DNA of 64,000 nt from Bacilli bacterium (lineage in GTDB: Bacteria; Bacillota_I; Bacilli_A; RFN20; CAG-826), in contig JAEDIE010000003.1 of the NCBI GenBank assembly GCA_016296775.1, positions 127 through 64,126 of the forward strand. Direction: 5' to 3'. Made by a program: the position numbers and the translations under genes. A model generated the notes under the pieces. That model saw only the letters and a program-made list of their open reading frames with translations, did not search any database and had not been told where the DNA came from. Numbering within the stretch: the first letter of the stretch is position 1; each line of letters opens with the position of its first letter. Positions 16,995-26,344 of this stretch are shown one piece after another.

Positions 16995-17827
16995 GAAATT
17001 TTAAGTTAAGTGATGGTTATATAATTCCAAGCATTGGCTTAGGAACATTTAAATTAACTAATGATGAAGCATATAATTCTACATTAAATGCTTTAAAGAT
17101 TGGTTATAGATTAATTGACACTGCTAATGTTTATTTTGATGAAGAAGGTGTAGGTAGAGCTATTAAAGATTCAAATATTAATAGAGGAGATATATATTTA
17201 GAAACAAAAATATGGCCAACTTCATTCTTAGATAAAGAAGTAATACATAAAACATTAAAAAGATTACAAGTAGATTATTTAGACTTAGTATTGATTCATC
17301 AACCATGTGGAAATTATATTGAAGGATATAAAATACTTGAGAAAGCATATAAAAATAAAGAAATTAGATCAATTGGATTATCTAATTTCAATATAGAAGA
17401 AATAAAGGAAATATTAGCAATTTGTGAAGTTAGACCTGTCTTATTACAAGTTGAAAATCATCCATTTTGTCAAAATAAAAAATTGAAAGAATTTGCTGAA
17501 AAAGAAGGAATTATTCTTCAATCTTGGTTCCCATTTGGTGGAAAAGGAAATAATAGCGTATTAGATAACGAAGTCATTAAATCAATTGCAATTAAACATA
17601 AAAAGACTACTTCCCAAGTTATATTAAGATGGAATATTCAAAATAACTATATTCCAGTTCCTGGATCAAGAAGTGAAGAACATATTAAAGAAAACTTTGA
17701 TATATTTGACTTTGATTTAGATAAAGAGGATTTAAAATTATTAGATTCGTTAAATAAAGAAGAACCATTTCATAAAAGAAGTGAGGAATCTTTTAAAAGA
17801 TATATGACAATAAAAATAGAGGATTAA
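16991..17827 (+). CDS. Aldo/keto reductase
   Basis: GLGTF, IDTA..Y, LDL.LIH.P, IGLSNF and PGS...EHI.EN motifs of the AKR superfamily. Confidence 0.9.
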   Translation: MRNFKLSDGYIIPSIGLGTFKLTNDEAYNSTLNALKIGYRLIDTANVYFDEEGVGRAIKDSNINRGDIYLETKIWPTSFLDKEVIHKTLKRLQVDYLDLVLIHQPCGNYIEGYKILEKAYKNKEIRSIGLSNFNIEEIKEILAICEVRPVLLQVENHPFCQNKKLKEFAEKEGIILQSWFPFGGKGNNSVLDNEVIKSIAIKHKKTTSQVILRWNIQNNYIPVPGSRSEEHIKENFDIFDFDLDKEDLKLLDSLNKEEPFHKRSEESFKRYMTIKIED

Positions 17828-17829
17828 TT

Positions 17830-18819
17830 ATGTACGAGATTAAAAATTTTAAAAAACATGTAGACATTATTAAAATTGATAATGGGTTAAATTTAAAAGC
17901 CACATTATGTAATTTTGGAGCTGGAATTTATAGTTTATATTACGATGAAGATCCAATGGTTCTTGAATTGGAAGATATTGAATCCTATATGTATGCTCCT
18001 GGATATTTCAACAAAACATTAGGGTGTGTTGCTGGAAGAATTCCTTGTGATGGAGAGATTAATGGAAAAAAGTATAGTGTAAAACCTGTTAATGAAGGAA
18101 AAGACTTTGCTCTTCATGGAGGAGACTTTAAATCACTTTCTTTTAAACCTTGGAAATATGAAGTTAAAGAAAATGATAAGGAAATTAAGGTTATTTTTAA
18201 GATCAAAACAAAAGATTTAGAAAATGGATTTATTGGAAGAGCATCAATTAAAATCATCTATGTTTTCTCTAAAATTAAGAATACTTTCAAAATTTTATTT
18301 AAAGCTAAAGCATTAGATGATACTTTATTAAATTTAAGTAACCATATCTATTGGTCATTTGCTAGAGATTTATCATTAGCAGAATATAAATTAAAAATGA
18401 ACGCTGATAGAGTTGCTTTAATGAGAGATGACCTTTTATTTACAGGAGTAGATGATGTTCCTGCTTATATTGATTTTAGAACATCAAGAAAAATTAAAGG
18501 AAGCAATGATTTTATTAGAAAAAATATTAGTGTTGGTACAATCGATAATACATTCTTATTTGATTCTAAAGTTGGGAAAGCTACTTTAAAAAGTGATAAA
18601 TATACACTAAATATGAAAACAGATTATCCTGCTATGAATATTTATTTAGATAACTCATTAAGTGATGCAAAGTTCAATAATAGAAGTGATTTTGGATTAA
18701 TGAGAGGTATTGCTCTTGAGCCTCAATTATTTGTTTTAGATCATGATCAAATTACTTTCTTAAAAGGTGATACATACAACTATAAAATTGAATATTCTTT
18801 AAAAAGAAACGAGAAATAA
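17830..18819 (+). CDS. galM: Aldose 1-epimerase (galactose mutarotase-like)
   Basis: NFGAGIYSL, ALHGG, LSNHIYWSF and ALEPQ motifs. Adjacent to the galactokinase gene. Confidence 0.75.
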   Translation: MYEIKNFKKHVDIIKIDNGLNLKATLCNFGAGIYSLYYDEDPMVLELEDIESYMYAPGYFNKTLGCVAGRIPCDGEINGKKYSVKPVNEGKDFALHGGDFKSLSFKPWKYEVKENDKEIKVIFKIKTKDLENGFIGRASIKIIYVFSKIKNTFKILFKAKALDDTLLNLSNHIYWSFARDLSLAEYKLKMNADRVALMRDDLLFTGVDDVPAYIDFRTSRKIKGSNDFIRKNISVGTIDNTFLFDSKVGKATLKSDKYTLNMKTDYPAMNIYLDNSLSDAKFNNRSDFGLMRGIALEPQLFVLDHDQITFLKGDTYNYKIEYSLKRNEK

Positions 18820-18820
18820 T

Positions 18821-19981
18821 ATGGAAAATTTAATTGATTCATTTAAAGGAGTATTTTCTATAACTCCAAATATTTATATTGATGCTGGTGGAAGATTTGA
18901 AATAATTGGAAATCATACAGACCATAATCATGGATTATGTATCGTTGCTAATTGTTCTTTAAGAGTTAAAGCCGTTTTAGTAAAAGATCCAAATGTTGTA
19001 GATATTAAATCAAAAGGTTACGAAAGATTTTCTTTTACTATTAAAGAATTAGATAACTATTCGGATTTTAGTAATAAAACCAAAGCTTTAGTAGCTGGAA
19101 TTTTAATTAAATTAAAAGAACAAGGATATAAAATTGGTGGATTTAAAGCTTATATTGAAAGTGATATTCCAGATGGTAGTGGAGTTTCTTCAAGTGCAGC
19201 TATTGAATCTTTAATTGGTTATATTATTTCTTATCTTTATAACGATAAGAGTATTCCTGCTTTAGTTATTGCTAAAACTGGACAATTTAGTGAAAACAAT
19301 TACTTTAATAAACCTTGTGGATTATTAGATCAAATTGGTACATCTTTCTCTAATTGTAACTATATTGATTTTGAAAATATTAAATCACCTATTTTAGAGA
19401 ATTTAGAGTTTAATTTACCACTTAATTTATATTTAGTTAAATCTCTTGGAGATCATTCTTCATTGACTCCTTTATATGCAAAAATTCCTTCAAGTATGAA
19501 AGAAGTTGCTAAATTATTAGATAATAAAGAAGTGCTTAGAGATGTAAAAGTTAAAGAAGATATTTATTCTTTAATTGATAAACTTGATATTCCTACTGAT
19601 AGAAAAAACATTGCAAAACATTTCTTTATTGAATGTGATAATGTTTTAATAGCTAAAGAAGCTATAAAAAATAATGATGTAGATTCTTTCTTAGAAGCTA
19701 TTAGAAAGTCTCAATCTTCTAGTTTACATAATTTAAGGAACACATATGTTGAAGATGATGAATATTTAGATTCTCCTCAAGATATTATTGATAAAGTTGA
19801 AAAAGAAATTGGAGAAGAAGGTGCTGTTAGAATCCATGGTGGAGGATTTAAAGGAACAGTATTAGTCTTCGTTAAAAATAATATTAAATCTAAATTTGAA
19901 GAGTATTTAGAGAAAAACTATAAAAATAGATACTATAAAGTTAACATTTCTAAACATTGTGTAAACTTTAAAGAAATATAA
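18821..19981 (+). CDS. galK: Galactokinase family GHMP kinase
   Basis: GRFEIIGNHTDHN (GalK signature variant), GSGVSSSAA (GHMP ATP loop), and GGGFKG at the C-terminus. Confidence 0.8.
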   Translation: MENLIDSFKGVFSITPNIYIDAGGRFEIIGNHTDHNHGLCIVANCSLRVKAVLVKDPNVVDIKSKGYERFSFTIKELDNYSDFSNKTKALVAGILIKLKEQGYKIGGFKAYIESDIPDGSGVSSSAAIESLIGYIISYLYNDKSIPALVIAKTGQFSENNYFNKPCGLLDQIGTSFSNCNYIDFENIKSPILENLEFNLPLNLYLVKSLGDHSSLTPLYAKIPSSMKEVAKLLDNKEVLRDVKVKEDIYSLIDKLDIPTDRKNIAKHFFIECDNVLIAKEAIKNNDVDSFLEAIRKSQSSSLHNLRNTYVEDDEYLDSPQDIIDKVEKEIGEEGAVRIHGGGFKGTVLVFVKNNIKSKFEEYLEKNYKNRYYKVNISKHCVNFKEI

Positions 19982-19983
19982 TT

Positions 19984-20010
19984 AAAAGAGCTCGTTACGA
20001 GCTCTTTTCT
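19984..20010. terminator. Bidirectional rho-independent terminator between convergent galK and hpt
   Basis: AAAAGAGCTCG tta CGAGCTCTTTT, a perfect GC-containing stem flanked by an A-run and a T-run. Confidence 0.75.
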
Positions 20011-20027
20011 TGTTAATTAATTTATGA

Positions 20028-20582
20028 TTATTTAGACATTTTGTCCCAGTATTCAATTTCTTCAACATCTGGAACAAAGATATAATTGTAGTTTCTAGCA
20101 AGTCCTTTATAATCAAGACCATAGCCAATTAAGAACTTATTATCTCTTAAAATATATCCATAATAATCAACATCAAAATCAACTCTTCTTAAAGCTTTTT
20201 TATCAACTAAACAAGCAACACTAATTGATTTTGGTTGATATTTGATTTGAATATATTGTTTTAAGTAATTAATTGTTAAACCTGTATCAACAACATCTTC
20301 AATTAAAACAACATCTTTGTTTTTAATATCTTCAGAAATATCTTTAGACAAATGAATAACACCAGTAGAGTTTGTACCTGAATAAGAACTAGCTTGCATA
20401 AAATCAATTTTACAAACACCATCGTAGTATTTTAAAAGATCCATAAAAAATGGAGTAGCTCCATTTAATACACCAATAAAAACAGGAGCAGTCTCATTAT
20501 CTTTAAATCTATCTTTTAATTTAAGAGCAATTTCTTTACAAATTGTTTGAATATCTTCAGTTGATAAAATAATTTCTTTCAT
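20028..20582 (-). CDS. hpt: Hypoxanthine phosphoribosyltransferase
   Basis: PRPP-binding motif VVLIEDVVDTGLT. Typical Hpt length. The ATG at 20582 is preceded by AGGTG; the track start at 20597 would overlap that RBS. Confidence 0.9.
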   Translation of the reverse strand: MKEIILSTEDIQTICKEIALKLKDRFKDNETAPVFIGVLNGATPFFMDLLKYYDGVCKIDFMQASSYSGTNSTGVIHLSKDISEDIKNKDVVLIEDVVDTGLTINYLKQYIQIKYQPKSISVACLVDKKALRRVDFDVDYYGYILRDNKFLIGYGLDYKGLARNYNYIFVPDVEEIEYWDKMSK

Positions 20583-20719
20583 AGAATAACACCTCATTGT
20601 AATTATAAATAAAATTATTTATATGTCTTTATTATTAGTTAAAAATTAATATACGTTTAATAGAAAATTAATATATTTTTTATATATTTGTTTATGTTAA
20701 AATAAACAAAGAGGTATTT

Positions 20720-21121
20720 ATGTTTTGTAGAAATTGTGGTAAAGAATTAAAAGCTGAATATAATGTTTGTCCAAATTGTGGATGTGTTATTAATAATGAC
20801 AATATTCCTGCTAGCAAAGTTGATGTTACTTTAAAAAAAGAAAAGGTTTCAAGACCACCTATGTCAGCAATGGCAATAGTTGGTTTTGTTTTTGGAATTT
20901 TAGGATTTGAAAGTTGTGCGATTTTGTCGATTCCTGGTCTTATCCTTTCTATAATTGCCTTTAACCAAATTAAAAAGGGCGGCTATAGAGGAAAATCTTT
21001 TGCCCTTGCTGGAATAATTACAAGTGCTATTTCTTTAGGTTTATGGGTTATACTCTGGGCATTTTATATTGGATTACTTGGAACAATTTCAGCACCACAA
21101 TACGCTTTATTTTTAGGATAA
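20720..21121 (+). CDS. Zinc-ribbon / DUF4190-type small membrane protein
   Basis: N-terminal CRNCG...CPNCG zinc ribbon and two C-terminal TM helices of the DUF4190 type (GFVFGILG...). Confidence 0.65.
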   Translation: MFCRNCGKELKAEYNVCPNCGCVINNDNIPASKVDVTLKKEKVSRPPMSAMAIVGFVFGILGFESCAILSIPGLILSIIAFNQIKKGGYRGKSFALAGIITSAISLGLWVILWAFYIGLLGTISAPQYALFLG

Positions 21122-21949
21122 ATGAAAGAATTTTTTAAGAAATATAAAAAGAAATTATTACAAGCAGCAATTATTATTTCTGCTTTGGTTCTCATTGGTG
21201 TAGCTATCTATTTTATATTAGATTATTTTAAAGTTACTGATGTTGAAAGATTGCAAGAATTAGTAAAAAGTTGTGGCGCTTGGGCCTGGATTGTTTTCTT
21301 GTTACTTCAAATTTTAGTAAGCCTTTTACTTTGTTTTGTACCAGCTAGTAATATGACATTTATAACAGTTGGTGTTCTTTGTTTTGGGGCCAACTGGCAA
21401 ACATTTTTACTATGTTTTTCTGGAGTACTTATTTCTAGTGTTTTAATGGATTTAATGGGAAGATTTGGATTAAAGAAATTATTTGAAAAAATAATTGGTG
21501 AAGAGGATATGATTAAAGCTGAACAACTTTTAAATAAGTATGGTAAAGCTTATATTCCATTATTTTATTTATTCCCTCTTTTCCCAGATGATGCAATTTG
21601 CTGTGTTGCCGGAAGTATTAAAGTGAATTTTTGGTATCATCTTGCTTCTATCATTATTTGTCGTGGAATTGGTGTAGCAACTATCGTTTTTGGAATTAGT
21701 ATTCTTCCTGAAGAAGTAATTACATTTACTTCTACAAATATTTGGGATTATGTAGAAGTAGTTACAATTATTGCTTTCTGGGTTATTGTTGCTTTCTATC
21801 TTGCAACGAAAGCTAACAAGTATTTTGAAAAGTTAAAAAGTAAACGCGATGAAAAAGAACGTCTTAAAGCTAAAGGAGAAGAAGAATCTCAAAAAATTGT
21901 TGAAATAGAAGAAGAAAACGACGAAGAAGACGATGAAGACGAATTATAA
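21122..21949 (+). CDS. TVP38/TMEM64 (DedA-related, VTT domain) membrane protein with an acidic tail
   Basis: Multi-TM protein. The FPLFPDDAICCVAG motif is typical of the VTT domain. C-terminal EEENDEEDDEDEL tail. Confidence 0.75.
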   Translation: MKEFFKKYKKKLLQAAIIISALVLIGVAIYFILDYFKVTDVERLQELVKSCGAWAWIVFLLLQILVSLLLCFVPASNMTFITVGVLCFGANWQTFLLCFSGVLISSVLMDLMGRFGLKKLFEKIIGEEDMIKAEQLLNKYGKAYIPLFYLFPLFPDDAICCVAGSIKVNFWYHLASIIICRGIGVATIVFGISILPEEVITFTSTNIWDYVEVVTIIAFWVIVAFYLATKANKYFEKLKSKRDEKERLKAKGEEESQKIVEIEEENDEEDDEDEL

Positions 21950-21952
21950 AAA

Positions 21953-22008
21953 GAGATGGGAAATCGTATAGTTTTTTAAAAAATCATATGAAATACCAGC
22001 TCTTTTTT
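21953..22008 (+). terminator. Long imperfect hairpin plus T-run (terminator), containing dispersed motif copy C
   Basis: The arm 21953..21977 pairs with 21978..22002 (18 Watson-Crick and 2 G-T pairs out of 25), followed by TTTTTT. The 5' arm carries ATGGGAAATCGTATAGTTTTTT (21956..21977). Confidence 0.55.
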
Positions 22009-22118
22009 AATCCGAAACTTTAGCTATTTTTAAGTTTTCATTAAAAATAATAAATATTTATTAAATATTTATATTTTCTGACATATTTATTATAATATTT
22101 AAGATGAGAGGTATCGTT

Positions 22119-22652
22119 ATGAAAAATATTGTAATAATTAATAGTTCACCTAGAAAAGATGGTAATACTGAAATTCTCGCTAAATCTTTTGCTGATGGTG
22201 CATTAGAAGCAGGTAATAACGTTGAATTTATTAACCTTAGAGAAAAGAATATTAACTATTGTAGAGGGTGTTATGCATGTACACAACTTGGTAAATGTTT
22301 CCAAGGTGATGACATGAATGACATTGTAAAAAAGCTTGTTAAAGCTGATGTAATTTTATTTGCTACACCAGTTTATTTTTATACAATGAATGGACAAATG
22401 AAGGTATTTATTGATAGATGTGTTCAAAAATATACCAAAATTCATGCTGATATTTATCTTTTTGTATGTGCTGCAGATACCGAAAAAGATAATCTTAAAT
22501 TAGCTGTTGAAAGTTTAAGAGGATTAACAAGAGATTGTTTTGAAAATTGTGTTGAAAAAGGTTGCATTATTGCCTCTGGTGTAACAGATATGGGCGATGT
22601 ATCCAATAAAGAAGTTATGACTGAAGCTTTCTATATGGGTAAAAATGCCTAG
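22119..22652 (+). CDS. Flavodoxin-like FMN-dependent oxidoreductase (iron-sulfur flavoprotein-like)
   Basis: IINSSPRKDGNT phosphate-binding loop, a CRGCYAC..LGKC Cys cluster, and ATPVYFY. The ATG at 22119 follows GAGAGG. Confidence 0.8.
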   Translation: MKNIVIINSSPRKDGNTEILAKSFADGALEAGNNVEFINLREKNINYCRGCYACTQLGKCFQGDDMNDIVKKLVKADVILFATPVYFYTMNGQMKVFIDRCVQKYTKIHADIYLFVCAADTEKDNLKLAVESLRGLTRDCFENCVEKGCIIASGVTDMGDVSNKEVMTEAFYMGKNA

Positions 22653-22662
22653 GAGGTGACTT

Positions 22663-23334
22663 ATGCCAGATGAATTTAAAGAATTAATTGAATATATTAA
22701 ATGCCTTGATGGCTATAAACTTCCTGAATACAAAGATTTACCTCAAATTCCTTTATATATGGAACAAGTCGTTAGTTACGTTAACGATACTTTAAACAAC
22801 ATTTACAAAAATAATGAAAGTACAATCACCCCTTTCATGGTTAATAACTATGTTAAAGCTAAGATGATTAATGCTCCTAAAAAGAAAAAATACGATACCA
22901 ATCATATTGCCTATTTATTAAGCATTGGTTTATTGAAGAATGTTGTATCAATGAGAGATTTAGCTGGAATTATTGAAATTGATAAGACATTTACCGACAA
23001 TAAAGAACAACTTTATGATTACTTTAAAGATATGCACGATGAAGTATTGAAAAATCAAGCTCATAGAGTAAAAACAAGACTTGATGCTATTGATAAAGGC
23101 AAAAACAAATACAAAAAGAATAAAGAGCTTGAAGATCGTTTAAATCTTACTTACGTTGCTTTAAGACTTTATATTGAGTCAGAAACTTCTAAATTAATTG
23201 CAGATGCAATTATGAATAAGATGTCAAAGATGGTTTTACCAAAATCAGCTTTGGTTGAATCTAAAAAAGAAGTTAAATATCAAAACAAAAAATTAGGAAA
23301 GGAAGCTAGTAAAATAGGTTCGTCGAGGAAATAA
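22663..23334 (+). CDS. DUF1836 domain-containing protein
   Basis: LP.IPLYMEQV...ITPFMVNNYVK...P.KKKY...HIAYLL is the pattern I associate with DUF1836. AGGAGG RBS. Confidence 0.6.
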   Translation: MPDEFKELIEYIKCLDGYKLPEYKDLPQIPLYMEQVVSYVNDTLNNIYKNNESTITPFMVNNYVKAKMINAPKKKKYDTNHIAYLLSIGLLKNVVSMRDLAGIIEIDKTFTDNKEQLYDYFKDMHDEVLKNQAHRVKTRLDAIDKGKNKYKKNKELEDRLNLTYVALRLYIESETSKLIADAIMNKMSKMVLPKSALVESKKEVKYQNKKLGKEASKIGSSRK

Positions 23335-23336
23335 TT

Positions 23337-24353
23337 ATGAAAGTTTTAGTTACAGGTGGATTAGGATTTATTGGTTCTCACACAGTCGTTCAATTAATTG
23401 AAGATGGTATGGAAATTGTTATTGTAGACAATCTCTATAATTCCAAAATTGATGTTTTAGATAGAATTGAATCTATCACTAAGGTAAGACCAACATATTA
23501 TAATGCTGATGTTACTGATAAAGAAGAAATGGAAAAGATTTTCGCTAAAGAAAATATTGATTCTATTATTCATTTTGCTGGTTATAAAGCAGTCGGTGAA
23601 TCATGTGTTAAACCATTGATGTATTATAGAAATAATCTTGATTCTACTTTAACATTACTTGAGTTAATGGAAGAATACCACGTAAATAATATGGTTTTTT
23701 CATCATCTGCTACAATTTATGGTCTTCCAGACAGTGTTCCATTAACTGAAAGTTCACCTAGAAAAGAAGCTACATCTCCATATGGTGAAACTAAGGTTAT
23801 GATTGAAAGAATTTTAGAAGATGTTTCTAAAGTTCATAAAGAATTTAACATTGCAATTTTAAGATATTTCAATCCAATTGGTGCTCATAAATCACATCTT
23901 TTAGGTGAAGATCCAAATGGTTTACCAAATAACTTATTACCTTACATTAATAAAGTTGCAGTTGGATTACTTCCTTATGTTAATGTCTTTGGTGATGATT
24001 ATGATACACCTGATGGTACTGGTGTAAGAGATTATATCCATGTTGTTGATCTTGCTAAAGGTCATTTACTTGCTTTAAGAAAATTAGAAAAGAATTGTGG
24101 ATTATTTGTTTGTAATTTAGGTACTGGTAAAGGAACTTCAGTCCTTGAAATTATCCATGACTTTGAAGTTGCTACCGGTGTTAAGATTCCATATAAAATT
24201 GGTCCAAGACGTTTAGGAGATATTGCTACAAATTATGCTTCAACTGATTTAGCTAAAAAAGAGTTGGGATTTACATGTGATTTTACAGTTTTAGATGCTT
24301 GTAAAGATGGATATGATTTCCAACTTGCTGAAGAAAAAAGAAGAAGCAAATAG
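23337..24353 (+). CDS. galE: UDP-glucose 4-epimerase
   Basis: VTGGLGFIGSH Rossmann motif, SSSATIYG, YGETK catalytic motif, RYFNPIGAH, and DYIHVVDLA. Confidence 0.92.
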   Translation: MKVLVTGGLGFIGSHTVVQLIEDGMEIVIVDNLYNSKIDVLDRIESITKVRPTYYNADVTDKEEMEKIFAKENIDSIIHFAGYKAVGESCVKPLMYYRNNLDSTLTLLELMEEYHVNNMVFSSSATIYGLPDSVPLTESSPRKEATSPYGETKVMIERILEDVSKVHKEFNIAILRYFNPIGAHKSHLLGEDPNGLPNNLLPYINKVAVGLLPYVNVFGDDYDTPDGTGVRDYIHVVDLAKGHLLALRKLEKNCGLFVCNLGTGKGTSVLEIIHDFEVATGVKIPYKIGPRRLGDIATNYASTDLAKKELGFTCDFTVLDACKDGYDFQLAEEKRRSK

Positions 24354-24357
24354 CATT

Positions 24358-24433
24358 TGGAGCGTAGACAAGTGGTAAAGTCATAGGTCTCTGAAACCTA
24401 CATGCGATGGTCCGAATCCATCCGCTCCAGCCA
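24358..24433 (+). tRNA. tRNA-Gln (anticodon CTG)
   Basis: Acceptor stem TGGAGCG/CGCTCCA (U1-A72), anticodon stem TAGGT/ACCTA with loop CTCTGAA, T-arm GATGG-TCCGAAT-CCATC, encoded GCCA end. Confidence 0.85.
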
Positions 24434-24444
24434 CGCTCATTTAG

Positions 24445-24479
24445 ACTTTAATACATTTTTGTATTAAAGTTTTTTATTT
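24445..24479 (+). terminator. Rho-independent terminator after tRNA-Gln
   Basis: ACTTTAATAC / GTATTAAAGT 10-bp stem followed by TTTTTATTT. Confidence 0.7.
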
Positions 24480-24544
24480 ACCTTTAAATATTACAAGTAA
24501 AATGTATAGAAAAGCCCTTATTTAAAGTATATAATACTTTAAGT

Positions 24545-26341
24545 ATGAAATTATTTGATGTACTTTTAAATTTAAATTTCGACTATAAACTAGCAATAGC
24601 TATATTTGTTATAGTTTTTATGGTAATTCTATTGGTTTTGGCCATTGTTTATATCGTTCTTTTAAACAAAAAGACAAACATCAAAGAAAAAAATAGATTA
24701 GAATCATTAAATATTTTTTCTGATTGTGTTTTAAATTTAAGAACTCAAACAGTTAAGATTATTAAATTAAATAACTTAAGTGAAGTTCGTACTATTCCAT
24801 TTTTAGACTTTTTAACTCAATTCGATGTAAAAGAACAAAACGAACTAAAATTATGGTTTGAATCTTTGGTAGTAGAAAAAGATCCAAACGAAAACAAAAA
24901 AGTTTATCTTGCTACTGAAGTTGTACATTCTTCAAACAAAAAAACTATTAAATATGTAAAAACCACTTTAACAGTTAACCAAATAGATAGAAATGCAAAT
25001 GTAATTTATTTTGTTAAAGAACCTCAAAAAAGTATTCCTACTCAAATTTTATTTAAGAAAAATAAGAAAAAAGTACACCCAGTATTTTATTCATATAATG
25101 ATTTTAAAGCTCTTTTTGAAGCAGGAGACTTTAAAAAAGGCGCTTGTTATTTCATCAAATTGATTAGTAGAAAAGATACATTTTGTTCTTTCAATGAAAA
25201 GTACATTTTCTATAAAGTTATAAATAATTTCTTCAAATATTATGAAGAAAGTAATATTTATGTTTTGTTTAATGAAGAAAACCCATTAGAAATTTTAATT
25301 GTTGATGTGAAATCATCTTCTAGTAAGAGTGAAAATGATCGTCAATTAAGAAATAAAATTAATATAATTTACGAACATCTTAAAAAGATGTGTGAAATAT
25401 GTGGGTTTTTAAGATTTTTTACATTAGTTGCTGTTTCTACAAAATGTAGCGAATTGCCTCAAGAAATGGAAAAATCATATGATTTAATTAATAGATTCTG
25501 CTCTAATTTAATTGAAGAAAAGAAGAATTGTGAATATTTAAATGCTAAATCCAATGATTTTATTGTTCTTCAAGATAGTTATAGTGATGCTGTAGCTAGT
25601 GTTATTAGAAATAATAAAATCGATATTTATTTCACCCCAATTATTAAAGCTACTAAAAAGAAGACATATATTTTTGGCTATAGTTATCTTCCAAAATTAA
25701 CTGATGAAAAAATTAGTGATTATGAAGTTTTTAAAAATCAAGCAGCTAGATTTGATTTAAGAAAAGAATGTTTCAGTTTAGTAATTAAGAAAACAATTAA
25801 TAATTTTATTGCTCAAAAACCAAACTCAACCACAAGATTATTTTCTTTAATTGACTTAGAGGATATACCTTATGCAAATAGATTATTCCCTCATATTAGT
25901 AACTTAAAAGATTGTAATTTAGTATTAACTTTCAAAAATAATGAATTTATAGATTATGAAGATGACCAAGAATATATTCATGTTATTAAAACTGCTCAAT
26001 CAAAAGGATATGATTGTGCTCTTTATATCAATATCAATGATTATTTCTTGAAAGACTCTACATATAAGATGTTTAATTATTTCCTATTTAATTTTGATAA
26101 CTATAAAGAATTGAAAGCTAATAATAGAGAATTCATTAAAATTCATACTTTATTAGAACAATTTGTTAAGTTTAATAAACCAATTATTTGCGTTAATGTT
26201 TATAACTGGGCAATTATTGAACTATTAGTTAAAAGTGGAATATCATATTTCTCAAGCCCGAATATCTTTTCTAGATCGGCGTTATTATCACCGATAGATA
26301 AAAAGGCAGAAAGAAAATTTAACAATATATTTAAGGAGTAG
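24545..26341 (+). CDS. Membrane-anchored protein with apparently degenerate GGDEF-like and EAL-like domains
   Basis: N-terminal TM helix. The C-terminal 250 aa follow the EAL block order but with the catalytic residues replaced: IYFTPII..GYSYL for YQPI..GyEaL, LVLTFKNNEF for lvlEitE, CALYININ for ialDDFG, and ICVNVY for vaEGVE. The central part resembles a GGDEF fold, with NEENPLE in place of GGDEF. Confidence 0.45.
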   Translation: MKLFDVLLNLNFDYKLAIAIFVIVFMVILLVLAIVYIVLLNKKTNIKEKNRLESLNIFSDCVLNLRTQTVKIIKLNNLSEVRTIPFLDFLTQFDVKEQNELKLWFESLVVEKDPNENKKVYLATEVVHSSNKKTIKYVKTTLTVNQIDRNANVIYFVKEPQKSIPTQILFKKNKKKVHPVFYSYNDFKALFEAGDFKKGACYFIKLISRKDTFCSFNEKYIFYKVINNFFKYYEESNIYVLFNEENPLEILIVDVKSSSSKSENDRQLRNKINIIYEHLKKMCEICGFLRFFTLVAVSTKCSELPQEMEKSYDLINRFCSNLIEEKKNCEYLNAKSNDFIVLQDSYSDAVASVIRNNKIDIYFTPIIKATKKKTYIFGYSYLPKLTDEKISDYEVFKNQAARFDLRKECFSLVIKKTINNFIAQKPNSTTRLFSLIDLEDIPYANRLFPHISNLKDCNLVLTFKNNEFIDYEDDQEYIHVIKTAQSKGYDCALYININDYFLKDSTYKMFNYFLFNFDNYKELKANNREFIKIHTLLEQFVKFNKPIICVNVYNWAIIELLVKSGISYFSSPNIFSRSALLSPIDKKAERKFNNIFKE

Positions 26342-26344
26342 ATT

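Noticed and set aside
22040-22075. 14-bp perfect palindrome AATAAATATTTATT upstream of the flavoprotein gene, considered as a second Per/Fur box
   Set aside because: It is pure A/T in 30% GC intergenic DNA, so it is expected by chance. Its 7-0-7 geometry does not match the 7-1-7 Per/Fur box.
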